DNA from: Spirochaetia bacterium
GTDB lineage: Bacteria; Spirochaetota; Spirochaetia; UBA9216
Direction: 5' to 3'
NCBI GenBank assembly: GCA_965140585.1
Contig: OZ223269.1
Span: 192,001 to 256,000 of the forward strand
DNA length: 64,000 nucleotides
Under the pieces are notes generated by a model. It was not told the DNA's origin, made no database searches, and worked only from the letters and a program-made list of their open reading frames with translations. Both the position numbers and the translations under genes were made by a program. Below are positions 8,242 to 18,265 of the stretch, in pieces. Each line of letters opens with the position of its first letter. Positions within the stretch are counted from its first letter, which is position 1.

Positions 8242-9240
8242 ATGAGTGAACTGCAGAATACTTCCATCGAAATGATTCAGGAATTACCTGTTGAGCTTGA
8301 AAAAATAAAAGCAATAGAACAGGAGATTAGAAAGGTCCTTGTCGGGCAGGATTATCTGGTAAAAAAGCTGCTGACCGGACTTATATGCAATCAGCATGTG
8401 CTTATAGAGGGAGTTCCTGGGCTTGCGAAGACGCTGAGCGTTAATACTCTTTCTTCAACCCTCGGACTTGGGTTTAAAAGAATCCAGTTTACACCCGATC
8501 TGCTGCCTTCAGATATTCTTGGAACTCTTATCTATAACCCGAAAACTGGTGAGTTTTCACCCAGAAAGGGTCCCATATTCAGCAATATCATTCTTGCCGA
8601 TGAAATTAATCGTGCACCTGCCAAAGTGCAGTCGGCACTCCTTGAGGCCATGCAGGAGCGTCAGGTAACTATAGGTGATGAAACATATAAACTCGATACC
8701 CCCTTTATGGTCATGGCTACCCAGAACCCGATAGAGCAGGAAGGTACCTACCAGCTGCCGGAAGCCCAGGTGGACCGTTTCATGTTCAAAGTGAAGATAA
8801 GCTATCCTGATAAGACAGAGGAACTTGAAATACTCCGCTCAATGTCCCGGACAGCGCCTCCTGCCAGGGCGGAAACGGTTGCCTCTGCAGAGGATATTCT
8901 TTCACTCAGAAACTTTCTCGACAGGATTCACATAGAACCTTCCGTTGAGGAGTATATTGTTGATCTTGTTCAGGCTGGACGTGAGCCTTCAGCCTATGGT
9001 ATTGATGCAGGGCATCTGATTAAATACGGGGCATCTCCAAGAGCTACCATTTTTCTTACTATGGCGGCAAAGGCTTCTGCACTGCTTAACCGCCGATTGT
9101 ATGTTATTCCTGAGGATGTAACTGAATCGGCATATGACGTGCTTCGACACCGGCTTATTCCAAGCTATGAAGCGGAAGCTGAGGGCATGAGTTCTGATGA
9201 TATCATCAGTATGATTCTTGCAAAAATACCAAGACCATAA
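8242..9240 (+). CDS. moxR: MoxR-family AAA+ ATPase
   Basis: EGVPGLAKT, RIQFTPDLLPSD, LADEINRAPAKVQSALLEAMQE, ATQNPIEQEGTYQLPEAQVDRF. Confidence 0.96.
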   Translation: MSELQNTSIEMIQELPVELEKIKAIEQEIRKVLVGQDYLVKKLLTGLICNQHVLIEGVPGLAKTLSVNTLSSTLGLGFKRIQFTPDLLPSDILGTLIYNPKTGEFSPRKGPIFSNIILADEINRAPAKVQSALLEAMQERQVTIGDETYKLDTPFMVMATQNPIEQEGTYQLPEAQVDRFMFKVKISYPDKTEELEILRSMSRTAPPARAETVASAEDILSLRNFLDRIHIEPSVEEYIVDLVQAGREPSAYGIDAGHLIKYGASPRATIFLTMAAKASALLNRRLYVIPEDVTESAYDVLRHRLIPSYEAEAEGMSSDDIISMILAKIPRP

Positions 9241-9243
9241 ATT

Positions 9244-10128
9244 ATGTCTGCATCGATAGATAAGGAAATTCTCAAAAAGGTAGAACTCATCAGGATTTTA
9301 ACACGGCAGTCTGTTACCTCACTGTTTGCAGGTGAATTCGAGAGTGCCTTCAAAGGTGAGGGCCTTGAGTTTGAAGAGGTAAGAGAGTACCAGCCGGGAG
9401 ATGAAATCAGAGCAATAGACTGGAATGTGACGGCACGGACAGGATTTCCTCATATCAAACGTTACCGTGAGGAACGGGAACTTTCGGTTTATTTTCTTGT
9501 AGATATTTCATCTTCTTCTGACTTCGGTAGCCGTTATAAAAGCCGTGCTGAGGTCGCTGCAGAAATTGTTTCAATACTGTCTTTTTCCGCTTCTCAGAAC
9601 AATGACCGTACCGCTCTGCTTCTTTTCAGTGATCAGCCTGAACTGTTTATTCCGCCTTCGAAAGGCATGACGCATACAATGCACATGGTTAGAGAAATGC
9701 TGGGACATGAGCCGCAGAACCGCGGTACTTCCATAAAAGCAGCCCTCGATTATCTGGGCAGAGTTGCACACCGCAGAAGCGTGGTTTTTATCCTCTCTGA
9801 TTATTATGATGACGGTTTTCTTGATCAGCTGAAAGTAGCAGCACTCAGGCATGATATTGTAAGCCTCTACCTATATGATCCGCTGGAGCGGGAACTTCCG
9901 TCCTGCGGTCTGCTTGAAATGTCGGACCTTGAGACAGGAAGAATGATAACCGTGGATACATCAAGCGTGCGGGTCCGCAAGGCCTATGCTGAAAAGTTTA
10001 ATAAGCGTATGGCAGGGCTGCGTGAGAGCTTCAGAAAATACGGCTGCGATTTTCTTGAGATTGATCTTTCAAAAGAATACATTCATAGCCTTTCAAAGTT
10101 TTTTCTGCAGAGGGAGGCCCGTCGATGA
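9244..10128 (+). CDS. DUF58 domain protein
   Basis: GLEFEEVREYQPGDEIRAIDWNVTAR, EEREL. Confidence 0.93.
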   Translation: MSASIDKEILKKVELIRILTRQSVTSLFAGEFESAFKGEGLEFEEVREYQPGDEIRAIDWNVTARTGFPHIKRYREERELSVYFLVDISSSSDFGSRYKSRAEVAAEIVSILSFSASQNNDRTALLLFSDQPELFIPPSKGMTHTMHMVREMLGHEPQNRGTSIKAALDYLGRVAHRRSVVFILSDYYDDGFLDQLKVAALRHDIVSLYLYDPLERELPSCGLLEMSDLETGRMITVDTSSVRVRKAYAEKFNKRMAGLRESFRKYGCDFLEIDLSKEYIHSLSKFFLQREARR

Positions 10129-11012
10129 ATCTCCGAAGACTGATATTCATGTTTGTCAATGCTGCTATAGTTGCCGCTGTCCTTATTTCATGCTCTAACC
10201 CCTCAGACGACTCGGAATCGGCATCTATTTCTTCTGAAATATATAAAAGCGGCAGCTGTACTGTTGAAATGTTCCTTCCCACTGAAAACCTTTTGTTTGG
10301 AGATACCGCAGAAATAAGACTTGAACTTAGTTACCCGGAAGATGAACACTACATACTGCTTCCGGGTAGGTCTGATGATTCCGGCGGTTCTAACATAATA
10401 CTCAGAGAAGTAATTGAGTCGGAGCCGGTGTATAACGGCGAAGGGCAGGTTCAAAGTACAATTCTTTTTTCACTCGAAGCTCAGTTTCCGGGGGCTGCAG
10501 TCTTCCCCTCAATGACTGTGCGTTTCAGCAAAGATATTACTACTGATCCTGTCAGTATTGATTTTAAATCTGCATTCAGCGGTGATGAAAGCCGGGACAG
10601 CCTGGCTCCGGTTTATATCCCTGAAGATAGCGGCAGAAGAAAAAGCATGATATTGCTTGTTTTCCCTGCTGTTGTCGTTCTTCTGTCTGCCTCCGTAATA
10701 ATTTTTATGAAAGTAAGAAAAAACAGACAGTGGAAAGAACCTTCTGTACCAACTTTTAAACAGCAAATCGAAGAGTTTAAAAAACTGTATATTTCAAAGG
10801 AATTGATATCGGAACCAAAAGAAGCTCTTGTTTTATTGAGGAAACTTATTGAAAAAGCGGACCTCAGAACTTCAGATCTGATCAGGGAAAAATTCGGTGA
10901 TGAATTGTATGCTGCATCTTTTTCCAGGAACGGAGTGCCCGCAGGCAGTGCAGACGCATTAATAAGAGAAATATTTGAACTGCTTGAAGGAGATGTGATA
11001 GATGAACTTTGA
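10125..11012 (+). CDS. Bat-cluster membrane/lipoprotein (BatD-like)
   Basis: Lipobox LISC, beta-rich domain and one TM helix; located between DUF58 and batA. Confidence 0.6.
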   Translation: MNLRRLIFMFVNAAIVAAVLISCSNPSDDSESASISSEIYKSGSCTVEMFLPTENLLFGDTAEIRLELSYPEDEHYILLPGRSDDSGGSNIILREVIESEPVYNGEGQVQSTILFSLEAQFPGAAVFPSMTVRFSKDITTDPVSIDFKSAFSGDESRDSLAPVYIPEDSGRRKSMILLVFPAVVVLLSASVIIFMKVRKNRQWKEPSVPTFKQQIEEFKKLYISKELISEPKEALVLLRKLIEKADLRTSDLIREKFGDELYAASFSRNGVPAGSADALIREIFELLEGDVIDEL

Positions 11013-12084
11013 ATCTCCCCAGGCTCTTTTTCTGCTGGCATTTCCCGTACTGGCATTGTTTCTAAAAATATTAAGTAGTATGAAGCTGCGGCGTGAGGGC
11101 CGTCGACATAATGCCCGGCAGAGTAGGCTAGGCCTGCCTTTCCCGGATACAGGTATTATTGACAGTTCAATGATTACATTGCGGCAGGCATTGTTGTGGC
11201 TGCCGGTTTTTCTTGCGGTTGCAGGGAGTATTCTGCTGATTATAGCTCTTGCAAGGCCGCGGGAAAGACTCGATGAAAGCCGCAAGGTAACAAGCGGCAT
11301 AGCGGCAGAGCTTGTGATTGACCGCAGCGGAAGTATGGCTGCTGAAGTAGAGAAGAGCGGTGCCTATGTCAGAAGAATTGATATTGTTAAGCAGAATATT
11401 CTTGATTTTATTCAGGGAGACGGCAAAACCCTTTCCGGCAGACCTGATGACATGCTCGGGCTGGTAGCCTTCGCCAAATATGCTGATACACTGTCTCCTC
11501 TTTCCCTTTCTCATGATGTTATTTCAGATTTTATAAAAAATCTTGATACTGTAACCACAAAGGAGGAGGACGGTACTTCAATTGGTGATGCCATAGCTCT
11601 AGCTGCTGCAAGACTTAAAACTGTAAACAGCAACAATGATTCATCTAAGGGATATGAAATTAGAAGCAGGATAATAGTGCTTCTTACCGATGGGGAAAAC
11701 AACGGAGGCAAATACTCTCCACGTGAAGCTGCAGAGCTTGCAGCCGGCTGGGGTATTAAAATTTATGCAATTGGTTTCGGAGGTGATGCCTACTATCAGA
11801 TGAGCAGCCTCTTCGGCTCACGGCGTGTACCTGTCGGTTCTGCTGTCGATTCCGCTACCTTAAAAAAAATTGCTGAAATTTCCGGAGGCGCTTACTTTGA
11901 GGCAGACACACCCGAGGATCTTAAAGCCGTCTATGAAGAAATAGACAGCATGGAAAAGTCCGAAATAATTTCAGTTTCAGAATACCGTTACCGTGAACTT
12001 TTCTATCTCTTTGCGATTGCAGGAATAATATTTCTTGCTGCCGGCGCTGTGCTGGATAATACCGTATTCAGGAGGCTTTCCTGA
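11002..12084 (+). CDS. batA: VWA domain protein BatA
   Basis: MNFESP start, IALARP, MIDAS DRSGSM, GTSIGDA, LLTDGEN. Confidence 0.88.
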   Translation: MNFESPQALFLLAFPVLALFLKILSSMKLRREGRRHNARQSRLGLPFPDTGIIDSSMITLRQALLWLPVFLAVAGSILLIIALARPRERLDESRKVTSGIAAELVIDRSGSMAAEVEKSGAYVRRIDIVKQNILDFIQGDGKTLSGRPDDMLGLVAFAKYADTLSPLSLSHDVISDFIKNLDTVTTKEEDGTSIGDAIALAAARLKTVNSNNDSSKGYEIRSRIIVLLTDGENNGGKYSPREAAELAAGWGIKIYAIGFGGDAYYQMSSLFGSRRVPVGSAVDSATLKKIAEISGGAYFEADTPEDLKAVYEEIDSMEKSEIISVSEYRYRELFYLFAIAGIIFLAAGAVLDNTVFRRLS

Positions 12085-13112
12085 TGCCAGAAAATTTCCA
12101 GTTCCTTGCTCCTGAATCGCTTTTCTATATCTGGCTTCCGCTTGCCTCCGCCGCTGCTGCCGTCTGGGGATTTCTAAGAAACGGGAAGCTTATAAAAACT
12201 GTTTTCCCCCGATACGGTAGCCTTTTGTCAACCCGGCGCAGAACCCGTTTCAGCCTTGTGATAATCCTAAGCTTTGGACTTGTGCTTGCCGTTCTGGCAA
12301 TTGCGCGGCCAAGCTGGAACCAGAAAGAAGTCACGGTATCACGTAAAGGCCGTGACGTTGTCTTTGTTGTTGATGTATCAAGAAGTATGCTTGCCGAAGA
12401 TCTCTACCCGAACCGGCTTGCCAGGGCAAGACTTGCAATGCTTGATGCTCTTGCGGTGATAGACGGTGACAGAGTGGGCCTAGTCGCTTTTGCCGGCAGT
12501 TCGGTAATAAAATGTCCGCTTACACTTGATTACAGTTTTTTCAGACAGGCTGTTGATGAACTGTCGCCTGATTCCGTCTCAGTGGGGGGGAGCATGATAG
12601 GTGATGCCCTCCGTAAAACCATGGATGAAGTTTTAACTGACAGCAATGGAGGATACCGCGATATAATCCTTATTACAGACGGCGAGGATCAGGAGAGCTA
12701 CCCTGTAAAGGCTGCCGAAATGCTTGGAGAAAACAACATCCGGCTTATTGCCATAGGACTTGGTGATGAAAACACTGGAAAGCGTATTCCTGTTACAGAT
12801 GAGAACGGTGAGCAGGTTTTTATGACATATGATGGACGTGAAATATGGAGCCGTCTTGATGCTGATATGCTTCGGACTATGGTTTCCAGAACAGCCGGCG
12901 GACGGTATCTTAATGTGTCTACCGGAAACTTTGATCTTGGAGAGATTTATTCTTCTTTGATTAATTCGCAGGAAAAGCGATTTATTGAAGATGAAACCTC
13001 TATTGTTCATGATGAGGATTTTCAATACTTTCTGCTGCCGGCTGTTATTCTGGTTCTTGTCTATCTTTTCGGCCGTTTAATTCAGGTCCGGGGCAGGGAG
13101 AGAAAGTCATGA
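12084..13112 (+). CDS. batB: VWA domain protein BatB
   Basis: DVSRSMLAEDLYPNRL, DRVGLVAFAG, PLTLDY, ITDGED. Confidence 0.88.
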   Translation: MPENFQFLAPESLFYIWLPLASAAAAVWGFLRNGKLIKTVFPRYGSLLSTRRRTRFSLVIILSFGLVLAVLAIARPSWNQKEVTVSRKGRDVVFVVDVSRSMLAEDLYPNRLARARLAMLDALAVIDGDRVGLVAFAGSSVIKCPLTLDYSFFRQAVDELSPDSVSVGGSMIGDALRKTMDEVLTDSNGGYRDIILITDGEDQESYPVKAAEMLGENNIRLIAIGLGDENTGKRIPVTDENGEQVFMTYDGREIWSRLDADMLRTMVSRTAGGRYLNVSTGNFDLGEIYSSLINSQEKRFIEDETSIVHDEDFQYFLLPAVILVLVYLFGRLIQVRGRERKS

Positions 13113-14017
13113 GAAACTTTTATCTGCTTTTTGCATGCATTTTTTTCATTGTTCTTCCGCTTTCCGCCGGTGGTTCGCAGGAGCCGGCAAATCCTGAGGC
13201 TCAGGATGTTCAGAGCATGGTGGAGGCGTTCCGGAATTCAGCCGCTTCTGAAGATCCGGGCATCAGCGCTGCAGGCTACTATAATCTTGGTACAAGCCAG
13301 GCAATACTTGCAGATCAGGCTCAGGATGCCCAGGAGAAAGAAAAGATGCTTGAGGATGCACACAGCTCACTTAAAAGGGCTGTTGAGCTTGGTTCACTGC
13401 CGCAGGATGTTCAGTCCAACGCAAGAAAAAATCTTGAAGTTGTTAACAGCCGGTTGAAGCAGCTGCAGGAGCAGATGCAGCAAGAGAACCAACAGCAGAA
13501 CCAGTCCGAAGGCAATGATCAGCAGCCCGGAGAAAACCAGCAGCAGGAACAGACCGGTCAGCAGAGTCCGGGACAGCAGTCTGCCGGTAATCAGGATGCC
13601 GGATCGGGGCAGTCTTCTGAAGGAGGCAGTTCAGATCCGGGGGAACTGCTCCAACGTCAGCAGGATATTACCAGACAGACCGAAAAGGGTGAGGGTACCG
13701 ACAGCAGCCTCTCTCAACAGCAGAACGATCTTCAGAATCAAACCGAAGGCGCGGCCGGGAGCGACGGTGAAACTTCGGAACAGCTTAAAAAAGCAGCATC
13801 TGAACAGGACGCTGCTGCAAAGGCTCTGGCTCAGGGGGACAGAGAAGAGGCTATAGAGCATCAGAAGGCTGCGGAAGAGGCTCTGGCTCAGGTTGTCGCA
13901 ATTAATGAGCAGCAGGGGGAGGCTGAGGACATCCTTGATATGGAATCGGAGTATGAGGCAATGAAGAACAGACTTGATAAAACCGGGGGCATACGAAATG
14001 CAGATAAAGACTGGTAA
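13109..14017 (+). CDS. BatC-like TPR protein with Gln-rich linker
   Basis: YYNLG...ARKNLE TPR remnant, Q/E/S/G-rich region and C-terminal KDW. Confidence 0.7.
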   Translation: MRNFYLLFACIFFIVLPLSAGGSQEPANPEAQDVQSMVEAFRNSAASEDPGISAAGYYNLGTSQAILADQAQDAQEKEKMLEDAHSSLKRAVELGSLPQDVQSNARKNLEVVNSRLKQLQEQMQQENQQQNQSEGNDQQPGENQQQEQTGQQSPGQQSAGNQDAGSGQSSEGGSSDPGELLQRQQDITRQTEKGEGTDSSLSQQQNDLQNQTEGAAGSDGETSEQLKKAASEQDAAAKALAQGDREEAIEHQKAAEEALAQVVAINEQQGEAEDILDMESEYEAMKNRLDKTGGIRNADKDW

Positions 14018-15743
14018 CATATTTAAATACGCAGTTTTATTGATTTTCTTCTTTGCCCCGGCTTCTCTTTTTGCACAGAATCTTTCATTAACTGCGGAAC
14101 TTGAAGAAACTGAAATATGGCTTGGTGATTCTGTCAGGCTTAATCTTTATCTGCAGGGAAGTGAAGAGCAGATTGCACCTGATTTGGCTATTCAGGGAAT
14201 TACTATTACCCCGCTTGGCGGAACTGTCAGAAGCAGCAGGTCCGTAACCAGCATTAACGGGAAGGTAACACAGAATGTAAAGCTTGCTTATGTTTATTCA
14301 TATAAGCTTACACCTGCAAAGATTGGAACTTTCACGATACCTTCTATCAAAATTAATGTAGAGGGCCAGATTCTTTCTTCAAATCAGGTATTCTTAACTG
14401 TCAAAGAACCTGAAAAATCCGATGATTTTGCCCTTCAGCTGGATGCTGACAGAGGTATAGTTTATCTCAATGAAGAGGTTTCTTTAAAAGTACATTTCCG
14501 TTATGAGTCGAGTCTGCGATCGCTTTCGATTAGAATCCCTGAACTCAATGAGATGGAATACCGGGTACTTGAGCCTGCCGGAAACAATGAAATGTATGAA
14601 CTCAATATTAATGACAGTCCGGTTGTCTTTGAACGGGATGACCGGGGGGACGTAGCCGGCCTAACCGCAGAACTGTTGATTCGCCCGAGGCAGACAGGGG
14701 CTATCAATTTTGATAATTCTACTGCAGCCTTTGAGGCTGTTACCGGATATCAGAATGTCCGTGACTTTTTCGGAAGAGTACAGAGGCAGGAAGTTTACGG
14801 GAAGTTTGTAATACAGGGAGATTCTGCAGTCCTGAATGTTCTTCCTTTTCCGGAAAATGGAAAACCGGTCGATTTTTTCGGATTATCAGGAGATATCAGG
14901 CTTAATCTAAGCGCAGAACCACTTTCTGTTCATCTTGGAGATCCTATAACTCTCAGTCTAACAGTAACCGGAATGAATAATACAGATATAGATATTCCTC
15001 CTCTGGCGGGTTACCTGGGCAGCGGCATTGATATACCTGACACAAGAGCGGCGGGGAAAACCGGAGAACGAAGCAGGACTATCACTCAGACGATAAGGAT
15101 TGATGATCCGGAACTTAAATATATACCTAAGATACGTTTCAGCTATTTTGATACTTATTCAGGTATATACCGATATGCGGAGACCGAGGCTCTGCCTCTG
15201 GACGTTCTTGAAACCAGAACAGTCACCGCCGGAGATCTTGAAGGTGATTCAGACAATATTGAAAACAGTAAGGTTGTAACTGATAAAAAGAAAGAGGGCA
15301 TTTACTATAATTACACGGGCGTTGAACTGCTTGAAAACAGCAATTCATTTTTATCAGAACGATCTTCAATAATTATTATCATTCTTCTGCTTTTAATTCC
15401 TCCGGCTGTTTTTACAGCTGTTTTGATAGTTACGGTTTTTGTGCCCCAGCTTAGGCAGAATGCTGTAAATAATCTTGACCGCAGAAAGGCTCTTAATAAA
15501 ATGAAAAAGGCTGCGAAAAAGATGGAAATAATGGAGCCGACATTATATCTGAAGAGTTTTATCAGGAATCTCGATTGTTTTCTAATGGATTATGGTGATT
15601 CTGATGATGAGCAGAATATTGCGGATGAATTAGCTGTTATTCAAGCTGCGCTTTACGGCGGCAGACAGATTACATCTACTGAAGCAGGGAATGCAGTGCT
15701 CTCTCTAATTGAAAAACTGGAAAGGGCAGGAGTGAAATCATGA
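13998..15743 (+). CDS. batD: BatD-family protein
   Basis: Signal peptide, SING...Y.Y.L.P.K.G.FTIP repeats, V.PFP..GKP..F.G and a C-terminal TM helix. Start is 13998 or 13974. Confidence 0.85.
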   Translation: MQIKTGNIFKYAVLLIFFFAPASLFAQNLSLTAELEETEIWLGDSVRLNLYLQGSEEQIAPDLAIQGITITPLGGTVRSSRSVTSINGKVTQNVKLAYVYSYKLTPAKIGTFTIPSIKINVEGQILSSNQVFLTVKEPEKSDDFALQLDADRGIVYLNEEVSLKVHFRYESSLRSLSIRIPELNEMEYRVLEPAGNNEMYELNINDSPVVFERDDRGDVAGLTAELLIRPRQTGAINFDNSTAAFEAVTGYQNVRDFFGRVQRQEVYGKFVIQGDSAVLNVLPFPENGKPVDFFGLSGDIRLNLSAEPLSVHLGDPITLSLTVTGMNNTDIDIPPLAGYLGSGIDIPDTRAAGKTGERSRTITQTIRIDDPELKYIPKIRFSYFDTYSGIYRYAETEALPLDVLETRTVTAGDLEGDSDNIENSKVVTDKKKEGIYYNYTGVELLENSNSFLSERSSIIIIILLLLIPPAVFTAVLIVTVFVPQLRQNAVNNLDRRKALNKMKKAAKKMEIMEPTLYLKSFIRNLDCFLMDYGDSDDEQNIADELAVIQAALYGGRQITSTEAGNAVLSLIEKLERAGVKS

Positions 15744-16552
15744 AAAAAACTATTAACCTGATATTTTATATACTTCTTTTCACTGCTGTGATTACAGGAA
15801 CTCTTTCTGCTTCTGAGCGTGTTGATACTCAGGTTCTCTTGGAAAGGGCTGAAACAGCCTTTGCTGATGGTAACTCTCTGAAAGAATCAGATCCGGAGCT
15901 TGCGAAAGAAAAATATTCAGAGGCAGTTTTGAACTATAACTCAATTACTGAGATGGGCATTAGAAATTCAGGAATTTACTATAATATCGGCAATACCTGG
16001 TTCAGACTCGGATTGATCGGGAAGGCTGTTCTCAATTATAGAAGGGCACTGCTGTTTTCTCCGACAGACAGCCAGATTCGTTCAAATCTGGAATATGCAA
16101 GAAGCCTGCAGAAAAACAAGTTCATTTCCGATAACGAAAATAAGCTGACTAAGGTGATATTTTTCTGGCATTTTAATCTGTCTCTCGTCGTAAAAATTAT
16201 TATCTTAATAATTGCTAACCTGACCATATGGCTGCTTTTGGGACTTAGACTTTTTGGACGAAGACTTCCTGCCCTTACTGCTGCCGCAGTATTTATATTT
16301 GTTGTATTCGGAATTTCAGCATATCTTGATTTTAAAGAAAGCAGAAAAAGTCACGGTGTTATTACTGTAGAGTCAACAGAAGGCCGTCTGGGTGACAGCC
16401 GGAGCTATGAATCGGTTTTTGATACGCCTCTCTACGAAGGCGCGGAATTCACAGTAGATCAGAAAAGGCCCGGCTGGATTCTTGCGCAATTTGGTAACGG
16501 CGAAAAGGCATGGATTGAAGAGAATACATGCGAACTTATTGAAGAGCTGTAA
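15740..16552 (+). CDS. batE: BatE-like TPR + SH3 protein
   Basis: YYNIGNTWFRLG..GKAVLNYRRAL..P.D..IRSNL, TM pair, LYEG...W......G..AWI. Confidence 0.85.
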   Translation: MKKTINLIFYILLFTAVITGTLSASERVDTQVLLERAETAFADGNSLKESDPELAKEKYSEAVLNYNSITEMGIRNSGIYYNIGNTWFRLGLIGKAVLNYRRALLFSPTDSQIRSNLEYARSLQKNKFISDNENKLTKVIFFWHFNLSLVVKIIILIIANLTIWLLLGLRLFGRRLPALTAAAVFIFVVFGISAYLDFKESRKSHGVITVESTEGRLGDSRSYESVFDTPLYEGAEFTVDQKRPGWILAQFGNGEKAWIEENTCELIEEL

Positions 16553-16562
16553 TTCGGCTGAT

Positions 16563-16590
16563 AAAAAAAGCCGGCAGAAAAACTGCCGGC
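16563..16590 (-). terminator. Intrinsic terminator of the fab operon
   Basis: GCCGGCAG/CTGCCGGC stem with a 7-A run on the left (U tract on minus). Confidence 0.8.
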
Positions 16591-16633
16591 GATAAAATTT
16601 TCATATACTGCTTAAAAATATGCAGATACCTTC

Positions 16634-17809
16634 CTAAAGGTTGTCAACCTCTCTTGTGTAGTCAACACCAGGAACTTCAAATCCATGCATCTGCATGAAG
16701 TCTGAATGATATCCACTGATATCGCTTAAATCCTCAATATTATCATCGCTGACAATTTCCCAGCGGCGTTTTACTTCGTTCTGGATCTCAGCACGCATTT
16801 CAAGATCATCAATCCTGATTCTGCCTTCATTGTCAACAGCAATCGAACCATCGCTGCTGTAAAGGCGGTCACGGAAAAGTCGACCGGCCTGTTCAATACA
16901 GCCTTCATGAAGATTCTTCTCTTTCATTACTTTAAACAGAATGGCTATATACAGTGAAATAGCCGGAATAACAGCTGCAGCTCTGGTAACAAGAGCCTTA
17001 TTTACAGATGTCCATGCCCTGCCTCCGAGCTTCTCTGATAAAAGACTGTCGATAACTCCGGCGGTCTTTTCGAGATCCTTTTTAGCAAGTCCTATGGTTC
17101 CGTTTCTGTAAATAGGCTGGGTCATTTCAGGCCCTATATATGAAAAAGCTACGGTCTTTGCACCCTCCGAGAGAACATCTGCATCCAGGAGTGCATCAAT
17201 CCAAAGCTTCCAATCTTCTCCGCCCATCACTTTAACAGTGCTAGAGGCTTCATCGGCATTTGCCGGTTCAATTTCCATCGAGGTGATACGGCCGCTCATA
17301 GTATCAAGTGCACGAGATCGGTAAGTCTCGGTTAGAGGTTTCAGTGCGGAACGGTACATCACTCCGTCGGCAGGATCAACCCTGACACCCGAAGCAAGGC
17401 TGTAAATAACAAGGTCCACCTTTCCCGGCCCCTGTTTAATTGCGTCAATGGTGGTCTGTTTGAGTTCATCTGAAAAAGCGTCGCCGTTTATGCTTACCGA
17501 AAAGAGACTCTCTTTTGAGGCTTCCTCATCAAAGCTTCTCATATTGTAGTACCCCGGGGTTCCGGGCCGTGTTTCGGTTCCTTCCTTTTCAAAGAAGACA
17601 CCGACAGTACCGGCTCCATACCCGAAAGCTGCTGCAATACGGCAGGCCAGACCGTAGCCTGTCGAAGAGCCGATTACCAGTACGTTTGACGGACCTTTTT
17701 CGAGATTAAGACTCTTAATGTATTCTATCTGGCGCCTTACCTCAGCGGCGCATCCATCCGGATGCGCGGTGAGGCAGACATTGTTTCTGATTCTGGGTGT
17801 AATAATCAA
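16634..17809 (-). CDS. fabV: Enoyl-ACP/trans-2-enoyl-CoA reductase FabV
   Basis: AHPDGC, GSSTGYGLA, GDAFS, YSLAS, VMGGEDW, YRNGTIGLAK (Y-x8-K), HEGCIEQ. Confidence 0.95.
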   Translation of the reverse strand: MIITPRIRNNVCLTAHPDGCAAEVRRQIEYIKSLNLEKGPSNVLVIGSSTGYGLACRIAAAFGYGAGTVGVFFEKEGTETRPGTPGYYNMRSFDEEASKESLFSVSINGDAFSDELKQTTIDAIKQGPGKVDLVIYSLASGVRVDPADGVMYRSALKPLTETYRSRALDTMSGRITSMEIEPANADEASSTVKVMGGEDWKLWIDALLDADVLSEGAKTVAFSYIGPEMTQPIYRNGTIGLAKKDLEKTAGVIDSLLSEKLGGRAWTSVNKALVTRAAAVIPAISLYIAILFKVMKEKNLHEGCIEQAGRLFRDRLYSSDGSIAVDNEGRIRIDDLEMRAEIQNEVKRRWEIVSDDNIEDLSDISGYHSDFMQMHGFEVPGVDYTREVDNL

Positions 17810-17822
17810 TGCTTCTCAGTCC

Positions 17823-18254
17823 CTATAAATTATCAGCACTTCCAACAAGGCACATCCATGATGCTTCAGCTGCAAGCTCATCGCCTACATAGGCCTTGCC
17901 TGACTGCTTGATCATTGCGCCGGAAATTCTGACGTTCTCGATTTCAAGTCTTACCGTTTCGTTTGGTCTGACCTGTCTTCGGAATTTTGTTTTATCTACG
18001 GTGGCCAGAAAGAAGAGTTTGCCTTCTCCAAGCTGACCTGATTTACCCACTCCGGCACCGCCGGCCTGAGCCATGGTTTCCACAAGGATAACCCCCGGTA
18101 CTACAGCGTACTGGGGGAAGTGTCCCTTGAAGAAAAATTCTTTATCTGTAAAAGTCCTGTACCCGATGATCTTTCCATCTTCTGTGATATCTACTGAATC
18201 AACAAAAAGGAAGGGATCACGGTGCGGAAGCAGTTTTTCAATTTCTGCAGACAT
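17823..18254 (-). CDS. fabZ: 3-hydroxyacyl-ACP dehydratase
   Basis: LPHRDPFLFVD, FFKGHFP, PGVILVETMAQ. Confidence 0.95.
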   Translation of the reverse strand: MSAEIEKLLPHRDPFLFVDSVDITEDGKIIGYRTFTDKEFFFKGHFPQYAVVPGVILVETMAQAGGAGVGKSGQLGEGKLFFLATVDKTKFRRQVRPNETVRLEIENVRISGAMIKQSGKAYVGDELAAEASWMCLVGSADNL

Positions 18255-18265
18255 TGCAACTCCTG

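Noticed and set aside
13460-13760. CAG-rich low-complexity stretch
   Set aside because: It is the Gln-rich linker expected in BatC-like proteins, not a DNA repeat array.
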